64,000 nucleotides of DNA from a virus (Duplodnaviria; Caudoviricetes), in IMG/VR virus record IMGVR_UViG_3300012983_000040, positions 22,315-86,314 of that record. One strand, given 5' to 3'. The notes below the pieces were generated by a model that made no database searches, had not been told where the DNA came from, and worked only from the letters and a program-made list of their open reading frames with translations. Every line of letters begins with the position of its first letter. Position 1 is the first letter of the stretch. Shown here in pieces: positions 14,701 through 28,761 of the stretch. Position numbers and translations under genes: made by a program.

Positions 14701-16787
14701 TGAATTGCGGCTCTATTAAAATCATACTTCTAATCAGCGTTCCTAAATTTATCTAAGAAGGCTATTCGCAACTCTTTATTATTTATTAAATCTATCTATA
14801 ATATATCTTTTGCCCATTGACATACTACGTTGAAGTCTGTTTCAGTAAGTACTTGGTCTAAATCTCCAGTTCCGTTTTTACCTCTTGTAAACAACTAAAA
14901 AGGAGTGTCTTCTCCTGCTTTATATTTTGATAATATCCAAGCATTCTTAAAGTTAGGCTATCTAGTATCAAACGAGAATCTCCAAATATCTCCTGCAAAA
15001 TTCTTTAGCTCAGCTGATACTCTTCTTATGGCCTATCCGACTACTTCATTTCTTTCGGCTATAAATTGTGGATTTTTATATTCACTATTTACATTATACT
15101 TTACTAGAAAATCATCACATTCTCCGGCTACAAATTGAGAATTAACACTCTCTTTAAATCTAGATAAATTAGTATCTAGCTATCTTGGATTTAATGTGTC
15201 TAGAGTAATAGTTCCATCATCTCTAATTCTATACTAAGTATAATCTATAATAGATGTTGTATCAAATAACTATGCTATCTGATTAAATATTCGATTAGAA
15301 GTAGAGTAAACTGAGTTTCGGTCCTTAAATAAATAATGATGTAGATTGTCAAACACTCTTTTCTCTATTGATGATTTAAATGGAATATTTAATATATTTC
15401 TAGTATCAAATAATAATTTTAAATACCATGCCGAATTTCCCCTTACTTTATTAACAATGTCTTGTAAGTAAATTCCATATCTTCCCTTGCCTAATTGAAC
15501 ACCTTTGTCTTTAATTAACTGGGCTATTTGTCTTTTGTAAATAGAACGTTGTTCAAGTGTTACATTATTGTATTTATCTATGTCAATAAGTTTATTATTA
15601 GGCTTTAGAAGATTAATTATACTATCTAAATCCAACTAATGTGCGTCATCAGTATTAACATAGAATAAAGCATCTCTATTGTATAAATTATTAAACCGAA
15701 AATCTCTTTTAATAATCTGGGTAAAATATACAATGTGATCCTTTTTTAAATATACACCCGTTTCTGATTCAGAATTATTAATATTACTTAAAATTGGAAA
15801 ACTTTCTATTAATATTTGTAGACTTTTTGGAATTACATCATAAGCTCCTTTTTGTTGTAGATCTTCTTGTTGCCACGTTAATATTTTATTAGCATCTTCT
15901 TTAAGGTTAAATTCATATTTATCCTAATCACATACTAATTTATCCTTAAATTTAAATCTAATTAAAGTTTTAAATTCACTAATTAGTAGTGAATCAAAAT
16001 GTTTAAGAATAAAGTAAGCATTATAGGCTGTTAATTTTTTTAAAAATGTTTTTTCACTAGTACTCCTATGTCTCCACATAGTTAATGTAGTCGTATTTTG
16101 TGAAAAATTATAGAAATTTTTAAGTTCTTTATTAGTGTTAAACTAGAAATAATCATCTAATTTAGCAATAGTTACATCATCTCCTTCCCGTAAATTTTTA
16201 GGTAAATTATTGTTTGGGTCTATTTGATTAATGTACTCCAATATGTCTTCATACATTTCCTACTGAACTGTATGTATTTGTTTGTTTAGTGATTCATTAT
16301 TTCCTAGAATTTCTTCTTCTTCTTTTAAATTTAACATAATGTCGTTTATTAATTTTCTCCTAAAATATTTTAACATTACGTTAGTTGCAGAAGTATTCAT
16401 ATAAACTCTCTCAATAAAGTTAGATGTCTATAGAGTATTTCCTGTATAATCCTAAACAGTGTCTGCAAGGGAGTCATTTACTGACTCCCTAACAGATTCA
16501 TATGTTTTATCTGGAAACATCCAAGAAAAAATTTCTTGTTTAGTTGTAGGTGTGTCTCCAATAGAATTTATTAATTCATAAATTGTATTAAGTGCTTCTT
16601 CATTGTACTCATACTCTACAAACTCTGGGGTTTGAGCAAAATCTTGAATTTCACGTTTCATATCATCAATAAATTCCTACTTTTCTTCTGGAGAAAATTC
16701 ATTTTCTGGGTCTATTAATGCTTCCTAGAATGTTTTAAGTTGGTCTATAATGCTTTCATAGCCTTTTGCGCATGTGATACTTAACAT
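5703..16787 (-). CDS. Virion-encapsidated two-barrel (DPBB) DNA-dependent RNA polymerase of crAss-like phages, about 3694 aa, TAG=Gln
   Basis: ATG at 16787 (MLSITCAK...), TAA at 5703. Thirteen track fragments share the frame, and the twelve upstream ones each end in TAG (checked). Catalytic-type motif RL(Q=TAG)GSDYDVDK at 9180-9203, upstream ARIPAQGMQS, and GIQLDPTHEAD...SMMTQ, resembling crAss/phi14:2 gp66-type RNAPs. Confidence 0.88.
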
Positions 16788-16788
16788 A

Positions 16789-19700
16789 TTATATACATTT
16801 TAATATATCGGTTAATTCTTTAAATCTTTCTGGAGTAATCTGTTTCTTTATCTTTAGCATTGTAAATTGACTCTTAAGCCAAGCTTCTGGACTCTTTCCC
16901 TAATTCTCTAATATTTGAGTTAATATTTCAGCTAGTTTTGGTATACTATACTTTCCTGGCTCAAACTGCCCTTCTGTAAGATCTCTAATTTTATTATATA
17001 ACATACTAAACTCTGTAGATTCAGGAGTAATATCAAATTGTTTATTAGAATCTGAGTAAACTGGATCAGTTATAATAAAATCTTTAACTATTTCATTCAA
17101 TCCCTCAAAATTTAATGGTAAGACTCCTTCTTTTAATACTTGTAGAGCTTCATTGCCTTCTAATATTTTGAAGTGTCCATCTAAGCTACCCCAAATTGTA
17201 AGTCTTCCATTATCTAAATCTAACATTGTTAAAGTATACTCGTTTCCATTTAAAGTATATTTAATTGGGATTTTAAAGTCTATTGTTTTTCTATTTAGAT
17301 TTTCTGAATCAGAACTATATATATAATCATTAGTTTCTGAAATAAAATTCCAATCTCGGTCATCCAATGGATATTTGTCATATAGTAATAGCTATCCATC
17401 AGTAGTTAAAACATATGTGCCTTCTTTAGTAGAGAAAAATGTCTTTACTTTATATTCATCAAAATCTATTGGTTCCTCTAAGTCATATTTAACTACACCA
17501 ATCTAATCTACTGCCTTTGATTTTAATGCTACAGTAACAGGATCTGCCATTACTACTCTTTCAGGTACACTATAATTTAAATCTGTTAAAGGCTTTGATT
17601 CTTCTGGTTTATTTAAGGGACTATCACTAAATGTTATTATTTTATCATTATTGATATTTACTTTATAATATTTAATTCCTTGTCCACTGAATTCCTGCTC
17701 TAAAATTAAATCTTCTTCAGTAACTTGGGATAAATCAATTTGATTTTTCTTATCTCCCATATCTTTTACTTTATAGATTTTAAAATCTTTATTAGGATTT
17801 TTTAAGTCTTCTGAATAGATAACCAACCACTGATTGTTTCCTAAGTTTATTGTGTATGTACTTGGAATATTTGTTATATTTATTTCTGGACGTCTTAATA
17901 CATCTAAAAGAGATGATCTAGAAACTCCTAATACGTTACGTTTTTCAGTATGATCAAATATATCCGCATATCCTGTAGGAACTCCATTTTGTAGAGTTCT
18001 TAACATTGAACCTTGCCCAATTACTCTTCCATTAGATTGTTTTTTATTCATTCTAAGTACCTAATCAAGTATAGACATTAAATTTCCTACTAATGGACCA
18101 CTTGTTATAATAGAAGCATACTAAAATGGACTATCTTTATAAGTAAATCTTCCATTACCCTAAGTTGAATCTGTAATTACTCTATGAAATTCAAAAGCTT
18201 CAGTATTAGATGAATTATTGCTAAGACGCATATGTACAGTATATGCAGGATCTTTCTCATATTCGGGATTGTATAATAGTGCCTAATCTTTAGCTGCCTC
18301 TTTTATGAAAGCTCTAACTTCTTCCATTGGGTAAGATTTGTACTACTCATTTCTTCCCATATCTTCTGGTGCATAAATAAACTATAAGAACCTTCTGAGA
18401 ATAGTCCGCAATTGGGCTCCCTAAGTACCGTCCTATTTATTAATAGGCTTAGTCTTCATACGATCAATAATTGCATTCACATAACCTTTATTTTTATAAT
18501 CTCCAGACTGCAACCACTAATCTAACTCTCCCTTTATAGTACTTGGTAATTCTCTTTCGGCTATATTATATATATCCTAAATTTTAGCCTTACGCTCTTC
18601 ACTTATCTGTCCTTCAACATACGACATTTTTAGTATTTCATCTCCTATAGATTCTAAGTTATATAATGGATCAAAAGATAATGTCATAACGGCACTACAT
18701 ACTTTATTTATAGGAGAATCTTTCCCATTAGTGTAGTGCGCTGCAAATACTTTCTAAAGAATTCTATAAATTGTGAATTGATTACCTATATCTTGACGAT
18801 TATCTGTGTCATTTTTTCCTTTAAATATATTCTCGTGTTCAGATTTGATAAATGCATCAAAATCCGTTTGAGGTGGTCTAACTGCAATTATTTTTACTTT
18901 AGTAGGAAGTGTTGAGTCCTATAACTACTTATCTAGATAATTAAACATTTCAGTCTCATCAAACTAACCATCTAAAGTCTCAAAGGCTCCTGCATCTGCT
19001 ATTAATATGTATTGAGCACCCGTTTTTAAAATAATTCCATTTTCGTTGCCTATTTGTGAATAAGAACCCTGTCCAATTACTGTATAAATATTAGATACCT
19101 ATTTATCGGGTTCTTCGTAGAGTCCTCTAACTTCATGTAATGTTAGTCTTTCAGTACTTAAATCTCTAGCAGTTGCTTCATATCCATCTGCCTAATAGTC
19201 AAATCCTCTGTCACTAGCAGAAACGAACCATCCAAGACTTTCAAATAAACCATTTTCATGTGTTGGAGTTTTTACTAATTGAGTTGCAGGATGTAATAGA
19301 TATGCTTCTCTAGAACCTCTCATATAGAAGTCTATTAATTTAATAAAAGTAGCAGCTCCCAATGGTGGATTATTTTTATTGTTTTCTATTAAGTCTAATA
19401 AATCATTATATATTTTTTCATCCTATCCATGTAGAGTTAAATTCTTTAAACTTAATCCTTTTACAATTATATCCTATACCCGAGGATCTAAAGCATTTTT
19501 ACATTTATTAAATAAAGTTCTATAATTAGGAATTGTTGCTACAGGAATAGTGAGATATACAATATCTTTTCCTTTCTCTGCTCCCTTTTTACCTATTACT
19601 AATAAAACTTCGTGTCTATTTACTTCACCGTTCTTATCTCCGAATCCTTTTGGACCCCAAGCTCTTTCTCTTTCTCGGTCTACATTTAATTGTTGTCTTG

Positions 19701-22700
19701 TTTCTAAATCGTTATATTTATTAGTATATGCAGTTACTACGTATCGCATTGAGAGTTCTTCAAGAGTACATTTATTAGTTCCTGATAAATTTCCTAACTC
19801 TAATAGATCATATATATTATTTAAAATGTCTTTATTATCTTCTGTACGTACATAATGATGTATTAATGTGATTATTTTAATAAGTTGATTTTCTATAGCT
19901 GTCTTTTCTTCATTAGATAAGTTTCCACTTTCTAACTTCTAAAAATCAATATCTAAATAATCTGTCTTTCCCATTAATTTAGCTAACTGTCTAAAACCAT
20001 ATACACAGTCGCGTCTAGCCTCTATATCTGTACGATTAGATAAAAGTCCATCTGTTGTTAGACCTGTACGTAAAGCATTAAAGGTATATAGAACATAATT
20101 TAGGAATTCTGCTTCAGTTTCAATTTCCTTTCCATTTTCATTAATCCATTTTGTTTTTTTATTTTTTGTAGTTTGTATTGTAATTGGATGTTTTTCTTCC
20201 AGTGTTTTACTTTCATGTATAGATAAATTAGAGAATCCTGAAAGGCCTAACTACTCTCCACCTTGTTCTGGCTCAGTTGGATCGATTTTATGTCCTTTTA
20301 CTTCAAATTCAGCTCCATTGGTTCCAGTACCATTAGAACTTCCAGGTGTTACTTCTCCTGAAGTTCCATTACTTTCAGAAGCCTAATTTTCTTGGGTTTT
20401 AATTTTTATTGTTTCAGGAAACATTTCCTACAATAACTATTTAAAGTCCTGTGACCTCTTTGCCACAAATGACTCGGGCATAGCTATTTCTTGTGTGTTT
20501 GAATCTGGATCATGGTTTGCTAATTCTAAGTTGGGAACATTTCCTGTAATATTATCAATGATTACTGTTCCTTTCTTTTGTCTTGTTAATCCAGTATAAT
20601 ATTCTCGTAATAACCTTTCTATTTCAGGAGCATCTTTTTGATTAAATCTAGTTGAAAATCTAATATCATTTAAGTCAATAATATAATAATTGTTTTCTGA
20701 ACTTTTAAGGGTAGTTCCTTTTCTAAATTCAGTTTTATTTTTCCACTCTGGATGCTCTTCAGTTATATATTTATACGCAAGACTATTATCATTTGAATAT
20801 ATTAATGTAACTTTTTCTCCATCTTTCAGAGTTTTATACATTCCATTAATGTATTTTTTTGCATTAGCATCTAAAGTTGCACCTGGAGAAATATAGGTTC
20901 CGTAAAAGTTTTCATTCTATTCATCAAAATAATAATGTGCTGTGTATTTGCCTTGAATTGTTTCCTCTGCTCCTGTAAAAAAGTTAATAGCCCCCTCAAT
21001 AAAAGCACGCAGGGTAGTGTTATTTACATCTGTCTATGTATTTGTACTACGATAAGATAACTAACTCTTAAAGCTTCTAATAAATTGTACATCTCTAAGT
21101 CCTAAATTGTGAGTTTCTAATATAGGATTTTCAGCCTAATCTTTTTCTCCTTCATTTACTTTTATCGTTCCGTAAATACCAGACTGTGTAAAGTCGCCAT
21201 GTGCTAATACAATAATTCCATTTTTAGTAGCAAAATCATCAAGAACTGTCATATCGAATTGTGAAAATTCTGAAATTTCATCGACAATTATAATTTTTGG
21301 AAGCTGACTTAAACCTGTATTTAATTCATAGTCAAATTTTACATCACCGGTTTCATAATCCAATTCAAATATTTTTTCAGTTCCATCGCTATTTTTTCCA
21401 GTTAATTTACCATCAGTTACTTTGAATGTTTCATCATAGGAATCAAAATTCTTAAGAATCATTTTCATTAAAGTCTCTCGTGTAAAAGTCTTAGAATCTT
21501 TAGCACCAATGCTATCTCTCATTTCTATAGCTTTAGCTTCTGGAGTATCTCCACTAGTATTTTCTGGACCACATATCCATAACCTTTTATTTTTATCAAA
21601 ATTAGGTACTATCTTTTCTATAAGACTAACTAATTCAGGAATATATGTGGATTTACCGAATCCTGGTCCAGAACTAACCAGCACAGTACTTTTAAATTTT
21701 GGATTTAAAAATAATGATAAGAATTCCCTAGCAAATTTTTTCTATTCTTCTTCTCTTTTAACTAAATCTTCACTTGTTAAATCTGGATAGTCTACCTTAT
21801 AACTTTCTATATATGCTTTCCTAAAATTTTCAAACATTTTAGGATTTACAATCATAGAAATTGCTGTATATTTCCATGCAGTCTAAATAGCTGATGGAAG
21901 TCTATTTTCATGTAATGAATCTTTTAGATTACTATAGAAAACTTTTGGATCTAATGCAGCAATAGAAGCTAAATACCACATTATAGCTGAGTCATCTTCA
22001 AGTTTATCTGATTTATTAAGTGCAACAATTCTATCTGTAAATGTAAAATTCTTTTTACTAATAAAATCAGCTAACTTAGTCGGATCATTTAATATTTCCT
22101 AATTTTTACTAAAGAATTTGTGTAATGCTATCTCAAAACTAATAAGCTCTTTAGTTATAGCTTCTTTTACTTCTTCAGATGTTGAATCCAATCTATGTTC
22201 TACCTATTGATCCTTTAAATTATTAAAGTTAGTTAGTTTTGATATAGCATTTTTAAATTCGGATATGCCATTCCAGTTTAGTTTAGATTCATTTTCAAGA
22301 ATACTAATTTTATTAGCAATCTATCCCATTAGATTCAATCTAAAACCTAAGTCTGCCCTATCCATAACTTCTGTCCTAAGCTACATTGCATTAGAGGCAA
22401 CTTCTTTCCAATAAAGTAGTTTATATATTGAATTTTGTATATTGTCAATTCCTTCTGCTACTCTGTCAGCTGAAATTGTTATTAGCTTTTCTGGGATAAG
22501 TTCTGATTTAGTTTCTTGTGATAGCTTATTTGCTGTAGCATTAAATCCTATATGATTAAATATAGATTCTACTTCTTCTGTTGCAGCAGCATAACTACTT
22601 CTCAGCATCTGTAAAATCAATATAGCATCATTAATATCAGAAATTAATGTATTAGATAAGATAAATTCATCAGTTTTTGTTAATCTATCCATTAAAAAGC

Positions 22701-25700
22701 TTACGGGCTTATCTGTTCTAGCATTAATTGCATCATCAACTTGTTGTAATATACTAGATATACTTTTAGTATTATCACCCGTCATCTCTTGGTATAATTT
22801 ATCAGCTACTGCTAACACACCATCGGAATTATAATTATTTATTTTATCTCGTAAAGCATTTGGATTAATTGGCCAGAAATTAGTATCTCCGATTAAACTT
22901 CGTATCCCTTCATCTTCATCAACTGGAAGATTTTCTAACTCTTTTCCTAATTGTTCTATTCTTTCTGACTCTTCAGTTCCTAAAACTTTATTTAAAACGT
23001 TAAAAATATCAACGATTGGGGTCTATTCTCCTACATGTACTGTGTATTTATTGCCTTTATATTCTTCTGGTGCAATTTGCCCATAATTAACTATGTAGTC
23101 TATCATTTCTAGAAGTTGTTCCTTCTAAAAATCATTTAAATAGCCAGTTCCAGATAGTAAAGAATTTAGCTCTTCACTAAATTTTCGCCCTACTTTAGCA
23201 AATATAGCAGCTTCTATAGTTTCAATTATTTTATCAATAATTTGTGGATTCTTAACTTCTCCATTATCGCCTCGAAATGATTTTATGTCTAGTAATTCTG
23301 ACTTTATTTGAGCTGCTGCTAAATGTTCATTTGTAGCGTTTTCCGCTGGAACATTTATGAAGTTTGATAGTTTGTTAAATAAGTTATAAACTCTTTCTTC
23401 AGGTAATCTTTCTTTTAAATATTTTTCAGATTTTGTTTCATCTATTAATTTATCTCTAGAGTCTAAATATCTTTTAGTAATTTCTCTATTAATAGATGCT
23501 GGACTTAGATCCAATGGTACTGAATCCCCATATTCATTTGTATAAACTTCAGTAAATTGTTCTCCTTTTGCTTCGGCTGCTCTTTTTCTAGCTTTCCATT
23601 CTTCATATTTAGTTTGAGATACTTCTACCTTTTTAGCATAATCTGCTAAGAAGCGACGATATAAGTTTAAATCGTCAAAAATATTAATCAAGTCGTTAAT
23701 AGCTTTAAAACTATTATCATCTTTAGAATACCTCTCTAATAATTTTAACATAAATAGTAGAGAGTCAAACATTTTTTTATTTGGTGCATATCCCGCAAAA
23801 TTCATTTTAGCTATGAACTCTTCAGGTCGCATCGGGGTATTCTCTTTTATATCCAATGGACTAGTTTTTTCAGTATCATAGGGATTTATAGTTCCCTAGT
23901 CTGGACTAGCAATTTTAAATAGCTGATTTCTAGTAGCAATTTTTATATCATCTAATAGGCTTAAAAATTCGTTTAACTATTCATTTTCTGACATATCTTT
24001 TAAATCCTTGATATTTTTACTACTAATCTAATTTGTTTTCATAAAAATATCAAAAGCCTGTCGAATATGCTCAATTATTGTTAAGCTGTCTTTAGTTTTA
24101 TAAAATTCCTCTGCTAGTTGTTTTTTGTCGCTTTCTGTTATTTTACTAAAAGCAATATTATTTCTTTTTGCTCTTGCCCATTGATAGAATGCCATATCTA
24201 AATATGGCATATTAATTCCTTTTTGCATCTCAAAAAGGGCCTATAAGACAAATTCAGTTCTTAATTTTCCATTAAAGAAGTCTCTATTTTTCTCTAAAGC
24301 AGTTTGTAAGGCTTCTTTATTATTTAAAACCCGTTTCGCTTCTTTGCTTAGTGCGTTTTTAGCCTTATCGTATTCCTTTGGATTGTCTTTTAATTTTTCT
24401 AGACCATCTAATTCTTTCTAAACTGCTCTAGATTGGGCATCTTCTTCTCCTCTTTCTGCTTTATGTCTTGGAGAAGTACTTAATTGTGTAGCGGCCTCAT
24501 AAATACTTAATTGATTTCTTACGTATTCTTCTAAGAAATGTTGCGCTATTAACGAGTCTTTAAGTGCTACAAATCTAATGTCTTTGGTAACATTCTTTCC
24601 ATTGACCATTACATCTAATAATGAGTTTTTGCTAATAACAGTTCCATATGTGGTTAATACTCTCTTTAAATCCATTATAGCATTTTTCATTACTTGTTTT
24701 ATCTCTGTGTTTTGGTTTTTTTGTGGAGTTCCAGTTCCAAATAGCTGTTCATACTCTCCGTTTTCCAACTCACGTTCTGCTATAACTTCAGTAGATAAGC
24801 CTGTAGGTGCCCATTCATGTTTATCAATTTCTTTTATAAGGTCCTACTCTTTTCCCTCATTTATCATATATACGATTGTCTCAAAAGCTTGAGGTCGTTT
24901 CATATTTCTAATTTTCATGGCACTTTCATATATACCTGGAGCAGCCATAGCACCTGCAATACCTCCACCAAGTAAAGAAGTCCCATATCTTTCTGCTATG
25001 TTGTCCCAAGCAGTCATTCTGTTTTCTTCTCCTGATAACCACGAAGCTAAATTATATGTTGAAGCGACTAAATCGTCTAGAGCTGTAAAGGCAGTCATTT
25101 CTATTCCAGTTGCTAGTGTAGAAGCAGCTACTGTGCCAGGAATTGTCTCTTGGACATCCCATATTTGTTGTGCTAAATTTTTTCCTGATTTAAATAAATT
25201 TTTAGTTGCAACTGATTTTTCCTACTTTGTTAATGCTTTAGCCATATCTTCCATTTGTTTTTTATATGTAGCATCAACATTTCCACCATCTTTCCACACT
25301 TCTAATGCTTTTCTAATCTATTGTTTTTGTACATTAGCTTCTGGAAATATTTTCTATCCTAAATGGCTTCCTAATATTGCGTATTGACCTGCAATAGCAC
25401 CTAAGGTTAGTGCAGTTGCTGCCTCATCAGAAACTTCTTGAGATTTAGCTATTCCATATGTATGTAAACCAAATGTAATGGCCATCATACTTGTAGAAAT
25501 CTATTGTCCTAACTTCTAAAAATTTTGAATTTGATTATTAACTATAGCCTATGCTCTTATAGGAGCAACTGTTTGTAACGTTAACCATTGTTCGGCTTTT
25601 TCTCGTTCTAATAAGGCTTTATCTTTTACTGTTTTTGCTAATTGTGTAAATTTATTATCAAGTAATTTACTCTACTTGTCTAAGTAATTTCCTGTAATAC

Positions 25701-26841
25701 TTTGAATCTCTTTTGCAGGATCTTTTAATATTCTTGAAGCGTCAGAATAGAATATTCTAGGAGCATATGTTGCTAATCTTTTCTGGGACTCTAGGAACAT
25801 AAAAGTGTCTCCTACCATATTTATAATATTCTCCATACTAAATGGATGCTATACAGCATATTCAGAGGATGTTTGGTTAAATGATTCAGCAAATGCTGTT
25901 ATAGTATTTAATGTAGGATTATCACTTCCTGATACTAATTTACCTAAAGTTCCTAGTGCATCTACTAAACTAATTCCTAGACTTGCTGCTACATAATATG
26001 GTGCTATTGTAGTAAGAGGAGCTATAGGTAGTAAAGGTAATATTTTAAGAGTATTTCTTGCAATTGATCCTGGTAAACTTTTATTAATTCCATCAGAATC
26101 AAATGGATCATACTTATTAATCCAAGAATCTTCTTTTGTTAATATATTCCATGGAGACACAATTTCTTTTCCATAGGTACTTTTTCCATTTGCAAATTCT
26201 GTATAATATTCTCCATTAGGATCTAACTTATATTCCCCTTTAACATGTGCTATTTTTGCAGGATCGTCTGTAGGATTTCCGTTTATATCTACATTTTCAT
26301 CATATGTAGCCATTACTTTCGGACGCCAGAAATCTCTAAAAAATGATTCTTCTACTGTATAATCAGTAAATTTTCCAGTATTAGAATCATATATTTTATT
26401 CTATTCTGCCAGCTCCATAGGAGTCTTAGTTCTTGGTCCAGGTTGATTTAATCCAACAATACCATATGAAATATGATCGGGATTATTTATGATAGTCATA
26501 TATGCTCCAGAAGACTAGCGTCGCTCTTCTGGAGACACAAATACGTTATTTTCTGCAAAAATTCTACCTTGGTTTTGTAAATCTTCATAGTAGGTGTTTC
26601 TCGCCAAGTTATTATATGATGAAGCTAGTTCCACGTATTTTTCATGGAACTTAGCTTCATCAAACTTTCCATCAGTCTAAAATTCAGGAAGTGCTCTAAT
26701 CTAAGAGTTACTTATATAAGCACTTTCTGGACCTATGGATGTATTATTTATATTAATCCCTACATTCTTAAAATCAGTATTTGTAAAATCTGGATTTGAT
26801 AAATTCTCACCTACCCAGTCATATTGTTTACGAATTCCCAT
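16789..26841 (-). CDS. Giant virion cargo protein, about 3350 aa, with an internal superfamily-1 helicase domain and N-terminal hydrophobic helices, TAG=Gln
   Basis: ATG at 26841 (MGIRKQYDW...; an in-frame TGA lies just upstream), TAA at 16789. Fragments 16900-26313 share the frame. Motifs GPGFGKS (21649-21669), IIIVDE, HGDFTQ, QLSYRS and YYTGLTRQK. Confidence 0.82.
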
Positions 26842-26843
26842 AA

Positions 26844-28760
26844 TTATTCATACTTTATATTAAATTGTGATGATTTATACCTATTACTTGCTGGATTTTC
26901 CTATTCTGCTTGTCTATAAGCTTCAGTTCTAGTGAGTAATTCTGCTTGGGAAGTTGTTAAGTTTACACCACTTCCTGCATAAGCATTTACTGGATTATCT
27001 TTAATTGGTATAAATATAGTCCCTTTATAAATTCCAGATCCTCCGAACCAGCCACCACCAGTAGGTTTAAATCTTTTATCATATGCTTTAAATTTTTTAA
27101 TAATTTTATCAGCAAGATTAGAGTCTAATTCTACTAAATGCTGACTAAACTACTACCCATCAGACAAAACACCTTTATCAACATATCCATCCATTATTGC
27201 AAATCTAGCATAATGTGTTGGATTAACAATTGGTGTTCCTTCTTCACTAAGTCCTATGAATATTGCAGGCAGACCTTTATCCTATAATGTTTTATTTATA
27301 ATGTCAATTTCCTGTTTATTTTTTCCTGTGATTCCTTTAGCTACTAATAGTCTCCATGCTTCATCTAGTTTCTTAGTAGCTTCTAAATCAGGTGCTATGA
27401 TATTTTGCGCTAATTTTTCCTAATCTAGAGGAAGTGGGGCGTTTACAGTATTTTGAGTAAATGCTAAAACTCTATCAAGATCTAATGTATTAATAAGATT
27501 ACCTCCAACTGTTACATTATTTAAATCTAATATCCCTGCAAATCCTGATCTCTCTGTAAAAGATAGTGGAACAGTACCCATGGCAGCTCCTTGTTTAGTT
27601 ACCATTGGAAGACTACTGCCTTGTACAAAAAGATTACCTCTAGACCCATCAGAAAATCTATATCTTTGTGTTACTCCATAAGAAACAAGGAATTCTGCAG
27701 ATACTGGCATATCTTTTTGTTTTAATTTAGCTTCATCTGTTACTTTTTGGGCATTAACTCTCTTTTCTCTTGCTTCAGCATTACCTGCGCTAAAGGTATT
27801 TACTGTGCTTAAACTTATGGATTTTTTGTGATTTAATGCTGCCTAAGCATATTCTAATATCAAAGAATTTTCGTCAGCTTTACCTCCTATCTCTTTTGCT
27901 CTAAGTTTTAATAAAGCTCTTTGCTAAGGAGTTAGAGATTCTCTAATAATATTTATTGCATGCCCAATTTTTTCTGCATTACTGTCTGTTTCAGTTTTAA
28001 CTTTAATTAAAGTACCTGTATCCATTGTACGTAAATCTTCTGCGGTAATATTCATAGCTTTTAAAGCTTCTAGACCTTCCTTAGATTTTGCCTACTCAAA
28101 AGGATTTACAAAGACTTCACTAGACTCTTTAGTAGTTTTTGCTTCATCTAAAGCACTTTTAATTATTTCTCTGATTTCTTTTAAACTGCTAGCTCCCATT
28201 AGAGTTTCAGCCATTTTATCATTGAATGCATACTTTGGATTATTTGCTCTAAGGTAAGTAAGTTCTGAATTGGTTACAGCAATATCTTTACTTCTATCAA
28301 ATTGTTCAGGTAATATTAATGAAATTTCAGAATCTCCATTTTTATGGACAAACATATAACCTTCACTTGTTATAGCGACTTCCTAAGCTGCACCACTACT
28401 AATAAGATGATCTTTTGCTTTTGATAGAAATTCATAACTATTTCTTGCCTAATTAGCTTTAGTAACATACATCTAATAAATTGATGCCCACTATTTAGCT
28501 CTTGGTAAACTTCCAAAATAGTCTGAACTTTCCATTTTACCAACACTGCTGGCTAGTTTTGCTAATACTTGAGCATCACTAGCCAACATGTTCATTTTTG
28601 GATCAAAAATCTATTCAATTATTGATTTGCTTGATCCCTTTTCTTCATCTTTAGATTTAGTATCCTTAGTAGTAGCTTCTGGAGTTGCTGTATCAACTGG
28701 AGAGAATGGAGTAAAACTTGTCGATAAAAATCCTCCAAACTATTTAGATACAATTCTCAT
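26844..28760 (-). CDS. Putative internal virion/ejected protein, 638 aa, TAG=Gln
   Basis: ATG at 28760 (MRIVSK[TAG]FGG...), TAA at 26844; joins fragments 28092-28355 and 27420-27710. Confidence 0.75.
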
Positions 28761-28761
28761 A

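Noticed and set aside
5703-16787. Single-chain virion RNAP as a novel system
   Set aside because: This is an established hallmark of crAss-like phages, so it is reported as a feature only.
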